From: an uncultured bacterium
GTDB taxonomy: Bacteria; Zixibacteria; MSB-5A5; UBA10806
Assembly: GCA_965541585.1 (NCBI GenBank)
Contig: CBEUCH010000007.1
Location: 1-64,000 of the forward strand
Direction of reading: 5' to 3'
DNA length: 64,000 nucleotides
Every line of letters starts with the position of its first letter. The first letter of the stretch is position 1. Below the pieces are notes generated by a model. The model searched no databases and had not been told where the DNA came from. It was given only the letters and a program-made list of their open reading frames with translations. Made by a program: the position numbers and the translations under genes. Shown one piece after another: positions 58,501-64,000 of the stretch.

Positions 58501-58999
58501 CGTGGGTGGGGTATTGACGAAGGTGAAAATCCAGACCAGCAGCAGAGGAAACCTCTTTGCAATTCTAACCCTGGAAGATTATTCCGGACCGGGGGGGGAG
58601 GTTCTGATTTTCTCAGATATTGTTGAGAAGAGAAGAATGATCCTGACCGAAGGCAACACTGTAATAGTCTTTGGCACTGTAACAGTTCGTGAGGGAGAAA
58701 AACCGAAAATAAGGGGCGATGATCTGACTCTCATGTCGGCGGCACCCCGGGAATATGCCACTGCACTTGAGGTTACCCTGGCCGATGATATTGAAGAGAA
58801 TATTCCGGAAGTTATTGAAAAACACTTCTCCCAGAATGCCGGAAACAGCGAGATCCATATCCATTATACCGGGAACAGCCGTAAGGTCGTTTTCAAATCA
58901 ACCAGATACAGGGTTAACCCGTCATCCCAACTTCTTGAAAGGCTCAAGGGAATTCTAGGCCTGGATAGAGTCAGGCTTATCAGATTGAGGGGCAGATAG
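55553..58999 (+). CDS. dnaE: DNA polymerase III alpha subunit
   Basis: PHP domain HLHNHTQYSLLDG, GRGSAAGS, FERFLNPER and PDIDIDF. Confidence 0.98.
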   Translation: MSLAQFVHLHNHTQYSLLDGACRIDDMLETAARMKMPALAITDHGNLFGAIEFYIKAKKHRVKPIIGIEAYVAPGSRFERSGMKGFTESGFHLVLLAKNLTGYNNLIKLSTASYLEGFYRKPRMDKEILKEHGDGLIALSACLQGEVARNIYNDRYDEAERTVREYLDIFGMDNYFLELQNHDLPEEAKTAAAVKEIASKLGVGLVATNDCHYMKREHSAAHDALLCIQTGKLLSDTDRMKYTTDQIYFKSAEEMAQLFSDTPEAIDNTLRIAEGCSLDIELYKNKVPTFPLPEGFESPEKYLRYLCEIGLQKRYPKVTSSLQERLDYEIGVINKMGYAGYFLIVRDFVEFARNRGIRVGPGRGSAAGSIVSYCLSITNLDPMEYGLLFERFLNPERISMPDIDIDFADRGRDEVIDYVTNKYGRESVAQIITFGSMAARAVVRDVGRVMSMPYAEVDAIAKMIPFEVDMTLEKALNRKDSELGRRYKDEEDIKTLIEYSRVLEGLSRHASTHAAGVVIAPGPITDYAPLYKSSKDEITTQYDMRWIEAIGLLKMDFLGLRTLTVIDDCLKLLKKRDIKIDIDKITLTDPEVYKLFAKAETIGIFQFESGGMRDYLKKLKPTRLEDLTAMNALYRPGPLDARMIDTYIECKYGEKEIKYAHPLLETILKQTYGVIVFQEQVLKIARELAGYTLGEADILRKAMGKKQADVMAEQKGKFIKGAKERGIKESVAGKIFDQIETFGRYGFVKAHSASYAYIAFQTAHLKVHYPVEFMAALMTSEMSDTSRIMELRNECQRMGMEMKTPDINRGEGAFSVDGETILFGLTAVKNVGAGAVSSIVKGREEGGDFEDLFDFCTRVDLRLVNKKTIENLVMSGAMDNLGQNRATLMGGVEMAISHGSAIQREIESGQSTLFGEMDTSSAPKHKLPDAQPWSEAEILAREKESLGYWISGHPIDPHRHIYECFVDLSLADLAKATDGRKATVGGVLTKVKIQTSSRGNLFAILTLEDYSGPGGEVLIFSDIVEKRRMILTEGNTVIVFGTVTVREGEKPKIRGDDLTLMSAAPREYATALEVTLADDIEENIPEVIEKHFSQNAGNSEIHIHYTGNSRKVVFKSTRYRVNPSSQLLERLKGILGLDRVRLIRLRGR

Positions 59000-59324
59000 T
59001 CCACTTTTGATCTGACGCCGGGTTTACATAATCTATAAGTACATCACCTTGAAAGATCTTTCTTACCGGTCATGATCTGCAGGAAACAAAGATCGGTGAA
59101 TTGTGGTTTCTTTTAACAACATGTATGCACGTATGAAGGACAGAAAGAAAGGATTGCTTTTCGCCGGGCTTGTATTATCTTGATTCTTGAATTGGCGTTG
59201 ATGCGTTTAAGTCTTCGACAGAAGCTTCGATTCAGCCCTTGGAATTCGAGCCGATAAGGAACTAAATGGCTCAATCCCGGCGTATAATTTAAGAAAGTGG
59301 AATTTGGCAACCGAGGAGCAAACA

Positions 59325-59864
59325 ATGTGGATTAGGCGATTAATAGCAATAGCAGCACTGCTGGCCGTAGGATTAGTATTCTCAACCGTCTCCGGTGTCA
59401 CGGATCCGTCTAAATCAACAGATAAGCCGGAAGGCAAAAAGGAATTTAACTGGCTGAAATTTGATGAAGGGCTGCAGCAGGCATCGAAAAATGACAAAAT
59501 GATTTTCGTCGACGTCTACACAAATTGGTGTGGATTTTGTAAGAAGATGGATAGGGAGACGTTTTCTGATAAGATGATCATGAATTATCTTGACGAGCAT
59601 TTTGTGCTGGTGAAATTGAACGCCGAGTCAAAAAAGAAAATGGTTTTACCTGACGGTTCTCTCAGCGGGAGACAAATATCGAGGTCTTTTGCAGTCAGGG
59701 GATACCCGACATACGTGTTTCTGAATTCGAATGGCAAGAAATTGTATTCCAGATCGGGTTATCAACCGCCAAACAGCTTTATTTATCTTCTTCGATACGT
59801 GGCGGAGGGTCACTATGAGTCGAAATCTTTGCGGGAGTACATAACTGAAGTTTCCACCAACTGA
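59325..59864 (+). CDS. Exported thioredoxin-fold protein
   Basis: WCGFC and cis-Pro YPT; signal peptide from ATG 59325 with GAGGAG upstream. Confidence 0.85.
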   Translation: MWIRRLIAIAALLAVGLVFSTVSGVTDPSKSTDKPEGKKEFNWLKFDEGLQQASKNDKMIFVDVYTNWCGFCKKMDRETFSDKMIMNYLDEHFVLVKLNAESKKKMVLPDGSLSGRQISRSFAVRGYPTYVFLNSNGKKLYSRSGYQPPNSFIYLLRYVAEGHYESKSLREYITEVSTN

Positions 59865-60120
59865 GATGATCAGTGGATAGCTTTTCAATTTTATCCCCGG
59901 CAGCCGCTTCCGGCCTCCGGGGAATTTTGTCAGCAGATCAAAAAAACACAGCTCTTTGATAGCGAACAGGAACGAATTCTCGACAAGAACGTATATCGAT
60001 TATGCGTTCAGGGATCGTCGCATTTGTATAAAGCTAGCACTTTCCGGGTGATGATATTTCAATTGTCTGGGGAACAATGACGATGACTAAAGTGGTTGAA
60101 TTTTAGGGCGGAATAATATA

Positions 60121-61065
60121 ATGGTAATGATGATGCGAATAATGCCTCTTTTAATTGCGGTCGCCATTGGCGCTCCTGCCTTTGGCGCTAAGTACTCGGG
60201 AGAATTTTTATATCTCGGTGTCGGGGGCAGGCCTCTCTCTCTGGGAGGAGCCTATGCAGCTGAAAGCGGTGATGTCCTTTCGGGCTACTATAATCCCGCA
60301 GGGCTATCCCGGATAAGCCGTCCGGAGGCGGTATTTATGCATTCAGAGACCTTCGGATCACTTCTTAACCATGATTTTCTGGCCTATGCTCGCCCATTGA
60401 GTTCGGGTAGCACACGGGCCGCTTTCGGGATTTCCTTATACAGGCTTGGCGGCGGTGGGATAATCGTAACGGAAGTGGATCAGAACGGCCGCTTCCGGAT
60501 GATTAGTGAGGAGTCGCATGCCGATTATGTGGGGTATTTTTCCTACGGCCGCATGTTCGGCAAACGTCTGAGCGCCGGTATTTCCGCAAAATTGTTATAC
60601 CGGGATATCGTGGACGAATCTGCGGTCGGCATGGGGCTCGATTTTGGGACCATTTATGCCGTGACGGATTGGGTGGATCTGGGATTGAATCTTCAGGACG
60701 TTCCCAGTACGCTCATATCGTATTCAACCGGCATGAAGGAAAGAGTTAATCCGACAGCGAAAACCGGGGCCAAGCTTCATGGGAAGCGCGGTAGGTTTAA
60801 GATGTTAATATTGGCCGATACCGATATACGTTTCGAGGGCCGGGATTTTTCCGCGCAGGCCTCTGCCGGCCCTGTCTCGTTCGATTTCCATTTCGGATTC
60901 GAGGTCCGGTACATGGAGAGGCTTTCTGCACGACTCGGCTCCGATATTGGCAATCTCTCACTGGGTGCGGGCCTGCGCTTCAACAGGTTCATAATCGATA
61001 TCGCCATGCGGGATCATTCCGATCTCGATCACTCGTACCTGGTATCCTTGATATTTCAGATGTAG
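60121..61065 (+). CDS. PorV/PorQ-family outer-membrane beta-barrel
   Basis: FL.LGVGGRPLSLGGAY...YYNPAGL N-terminus and amphipathic strands. Confidence 0.75.
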   Translation: MVMMMRIMPLLIAVAIGAPAFGAKYSGEFLYLGVGGRPLSLGGAYAAESGDVLSGYYNPAGLSRISRPEAVFMHSETFGSLLNHDFLAYARPLSSGSTRAAFGISLYRLGGGGIIVTEVDQNGRFRMISEESHADYVGYFSYGRMFGKRLSAGISAKLLYRDIVDESAVGMGLDFGTIYAVTDWVDLGLNLQDVPSTLISYSTGMKERVNPTAKTGAKLHGKRGRFKMLILADTDIRFEGRDFSAQASAGPVSFDFHFGFEVRYMERLSARLGSDIGNLSLGAGLRFNRFIIDIAMRDHSDLDHSYLVSLIFQM

Positions 61066-61302
61066 CCAGCGATTGATTCTATCAATATATTGCGGCTATC
61101 AGGCTGCTGTTAAAGGGTTTTACAGTATTTATCGCGCGATTGCATCGTCGACCGGCATTTTAGACGGATGAAGACTTATTTTGACGTCTCAATGATCGGG
61201 GACAAGCACCCGGGAGAGTTTTATTCCAAAGGGTATTGACAGAGGGAGCGGCTTTTTATAATATTCGGGGCCTGATAGGGAAACATATAAAGCGAGGTAA
61301 AA

Positions 61303-63066
61303 ATGAGAAGGATCTTATTAGCGCTCTTACCGTTAGTTTCGATTGCCTGCCTTTTTGGATCGTCAAACCTGATCAACCCCGATGCTCGGATAGCCACTGT
61401 GGACGGGCGGTTCATATTATTTGCCAGTCTCGATTCTACAATAAGGGAATTAAAAACAAACTCCGATTTTGAAATGTCGAGCGATAGCCTGAAAACATAT
61501 GCTCTGGATAGTCTGATAGCCAGGGAATTGACTGAGATCCGCATTGATTCGACGATGCGCGATATGGAAAAGGAACTGGAATTCCGTCAGAAAAAAAGGG
61601 ATAATATCGCAGAGACGGCCAAGAAGGTTCTATATCAGAAAGGGGTAGCAGAGCGCATACAGATAGATTCGGCGACGGTGGTCGAGCATTATGAATCTTA
61701 CAGTGATGATTTCGTTGAGCGCGAGCAGGTCAAGGCGAGGCACATACTTTTTCGAAGGCTGGATCCTGATACAGCAGGGGTGAAATCGGAAGGAGAAAAG
61801 CTAAAGCTAATAGACGAAATAGATGATTATGCCAGAGAGAGGGCCGAATACGTACTGAATAAAGCTCTGGCTGGAGAGAGCTGGGATTCTCTTGCCGCGG
61901 AGTACTCGGATGATCAATCCAATGCTTCCAAGGGAGGCAGCCTCGGATATTTTTATCGTGGCCGGATGGTACCTGAATTCGATTCGGTGGCGTTTACCAC
62001 ACCCCCGGGCGAGATAGTGGGGCCGGTATCTACCCAGTTTGGTTACCATATCATAAGAGTGGATGACTATAGACCTGATCGACGGAAGCCACTCGATGAA
62101 GACCTCGAAAACGAGATTCGGAGCCTTCTTAAACGCGAAAAAGAGAAGGATTATGCCAACGCCTTCGTGGATTCTCTAAAGGCGGCGGCGGTTTACGTAT
62201 ATAACGAGGAGGCACTGGCTGTCGATGATAGTCTTTCGCCGGACACCTGGATGATGGCTGTAAACTCCAGAGATACGTTGTTCTATAACAGGTATGCGGA
62301 GGCTCTTCCGCGATATCTGAAATTTAAACAAATAGAAAATGCGACCGTTGAGGATAAAAAGGAAATGCTCAACCTTCTCGCGATCAATCTATTGCTGCTG
62401 GACGCCGCCAGGATGGCGGGATATCTGGAAGGTGCGGAGGTCACCGAAGCCTCGTACAATTATAGCCATAGAGAGGCCAAGAGACGAGTTATGAATCTGC
62501 TCAAGGATCCGCAGTACCAGCCAACGGAGGAGGAGATCGAGGCTTATTTCAATGCCCATATCGATGACTACAGATATGAACGCCCGCTTCTGGTTCATCA
62601 TATAATCTTTGAGGATTCATCGCTCGCCGAAACCGTCAGGGACTCGATTCTCGAAGGCGCCGATTTTGTTGAGATGGCCAGGCGTTATTATCCCGGAGAG
62701 CCTGAAATTCGAGAGGTGGCATACAACCTTGATTATATAGGGCCTGAGGATATGGGATCGACCTTCTACGAAGCCGCGGCTGGATTGAAGATCGGCCAGA
62801 TCAGCCATCCGGTTAAGACCGACTGGGGTTATCATATCATAAAGCTCGTAAGCAGGAAAGAGGACAAGACCTTGAAGCAGGTGAAACCCGGGATCAAGCA
62901 TAAGCTCAGGCAACGTCGCAATGCCGAGATCGTGGCCCGGTATATAGAGGAGTGGAAGGCCGCTGCCGAGATAATTGTCGATGAAGAGTTGCTGAAAAAA
63001 TTCCAGCCGTCCGGGCGCCAAAAAGTGACAACAATAATGCCGGAAATCGAGCAGGCAGGCGGATGA
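61303..63066 (+). CDS. Parvulin-type peptidyl-prolyl isomerase with two PPIase domains
   Basis: ARHIL...GG.LG...MVPEF...GYHII and HHII...GYHII. Confidence 0.9.
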   Translation: MRRILLALLPLVSIACLFGSSNLINPDARIATVDGRFILFASLDSTIRELKTNSDFEMSSDSLKTYALDSLIARELTEIRIDSTMRDMEKELEFRQKKRDNIAETAKKVLYQKGVAERIQIDSATVVEHYESYSDDFVEREQVKARHILFRRLDPDTAGVKSEGEKLKLIDEIDDYARERAEYVLNKALAGESWDSLAAEYSDDQSNASKGGSLGYFYRGRMVPEFDSVAFTTPPGEIVGPVSTQFGYHIIRVDDYRPDRRKPLDEDLENEIRSLLKREKEKDYANAFVDSLKAAAVYVYNEEALAVDDSLSPDTWMMAVNSRDTLFYNRYAEALPRYLKFKQIENATVEDKKEMLNLLAINLLLLDAARMAGYLEGAEVTEASYNYSHREAKRRVMNLLKDPQYQPTEEEIEAYFNAHIDDYRYERPLLVHHIIFEDSSLAETVRDSILEGADFVEMARRYYPGEPEIREVAYNLDYIGPEDMGSTFYEAAAGLKIGQISHPVKTDWGYHIIKLVSRKEDKTLKQVKPGIKHKLRQRRNAEIVARYIEEWKAAAEIIVDEELLKKFQPSGRQKVTTIMPEIEQAGG

Positions 63067-63253
63067 GAGAACCATACTGCAGCAAAAAGATCAAATAAGC
63101 GGGCAGCCTGAAGGATCGGTATCCTCGGCCGATAAACGGCAAGATATCTCCATTACAGGGGAGATATTAAGAAAGCTTACTCATACCAGTGCGATCTCTA
63201 TACCAATCGTCTATTACTTTACCGGCCGGCAACTGGCTCTGACGCTTCTGGCT

Positions 63254-63733
63254 GTGGGACTTGTTTTATTTTTAACCATCGATTTATTGCGATTTTTCGG
63301 CCATAGCCGAACCAGAGGTTTCATTTATAATTATTTTGGCCTGATGATAAGGCCTCATGAAAAAGCGAATTTGACGGGCGCCACCTATATTCTGGCGAGT
63401 TCCATCCTGACCATTCTGATCTTTGATAAGCCGATCGCCATTCTGGCGATTGCATTTATCGTGATAGGCGATTCCGTAGGGGCCATAGTTGGCCGACTCT
63501 GGGGCCGAATCAGATACTTCAATAAGACCCTTGAGGGATCGGCGAGTTTCTTTATTGCCTGTTGTATAGTTGCCCTGCCGGTCCCTGGAATCCCCTGGTG
63601 GCTGAAAATCGCGGGCGCTCTTGTTGCCACCGTTACGGAGGCATTTAGCTTCTACGTTGACGACAACCTGACCGTCCCACTTATTTCCGGAGCCTTTATG
63701 CAACTCATTGTTAGCCAATCGGTTGTATTATAA
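63254..63733 (+). CDS. Phytol/dolichol-kinase-like (CTP_transf_1) membrane protein; true start probably upstream
   Basis: GD..GA..G, KTLEGS and DDNL.VP. The frame stays open upstream to 63038 and contains E..RK..H. Confidence 0.8.
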   Translation: MGLVLFLTIDLLRFFGHSRTRGFIYNYFGLMIRPHEKANLTGATYILASSILTILIFDKPIAILAIAFIVIGDSVGAIVGRLWGRIRYFNKTLEGSASFFIACCIVALPVPGIPWWLKIAGALVATVTEAFSFYVDDNLTVPLISGAFMQLIVSQSVVL

Positions 63734-63742
63734 CAAATTCGC

Positions 63743-63771
63743 TTGACTTGGGCAATTATGGTACATATATT
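63743..63771 (+). promoter_or_regulatory. sigma70 promoter of the cold-shock gene
   Basis: TTGACT-17 nt-TATATT. Confidence 0.6.
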
Positions 63772-63803
63772 GAAAAAAAGGTCTATCCTTAAATGGAGGG
63801 TCC

Positions 63804-64000
63804 ATGACGAAAGGTAAGGTTAAGTGGTTTAATGATTTGAAAGGATATGGATTCATAACATCAGTAGATGATTTTCAGGACGTTTACGTTCATCACTCCG
63901 ACATTATGGCCGATGGCTATAAGACGCTCAAAGAGGGTGAAGCGGTGGAATACGAAGTAACTCGTTCGCCTGAGGGCCTCAAAGCCAAAAATGTTGTAGT
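63804..64000 (+). CDS. Cold-shock domain protein, cut at the window edge
   Basis: MTKGKVKWFNDLKGYGFI...DVYVHHSDI; GGAGG RBS. Confidence 0.93.
   Translation, partial: MTKGKVKWFNDLKGYGFITSVDDFQDVYVHHSDIMADGYKTLKEGEAVEYEVTRSPEGLKAKNVV

Noticed and set aside
328..63718. Numerous short antisense or overlapping ORFs in the track (e.g. 328-636, 31622-32293, 41807-42445, 56324-57091)
   Set aside because: They are shadows of well-supported genes on the other strand or frame, with no motifs or ribosome-binding sites.

Overview
Bacterial chromosomal window. The kinase style, dockerin-like and FlgD-Ig/T9SS-like C-termini and a PorV/PorQ-family gene suggest an FCB-group organism such as candidate Zixibacteria (inference). 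In order: (1) a Ser/Thr kinase (cut by the left edge) and an FHA-GAF-PP2C phosphatase. (2) A three-subunit xanthine-oxidase-family molybdoenzyme resembling 4-hydroxybenzoyl-CoA reductase. (3) A ~16 kb, ten-gene minus-strand operon: Ugd, three glycosyltransferases, an ABC exporter, two APH-like kinases, a DUF5666/AlgE-like porin and two secreted acidic Ig-repeat proteins. It lies behind a sigma54 promoter and next to an NtrBC-like pair with atypical catalytic residues. (4) A heterodimeric ABC exporter preceded by a leader-peptide attenuator. (5) A stand-alone motAB pair and acr3. (6) A ~10 kb integrase-less integron-like cassette region (about 34.4-44.2 kb) with complete and broken attC sites, duplicated promoter/attI-like modules, a duplicated structured leader, a shared lipoprotein signal module and a DUF4157 effector-like gene. 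(7) Mostly housekeeping genes: NSS transporter plus small subunit, a SLOG/AbiGi-like fusion, glycolipid genes, a deoxyhypusine synthase-like gene, M23 peptidase, rhomboid, dnaE, thioredoxin, PorV-like protein, PPIase, a phytol-kinase-like gene and a cold-shock protein. No rRNA, tRNA, CRISPR array, transposase or integrase was recognised. All family assignments come from motif recognition by eye, not database searches.
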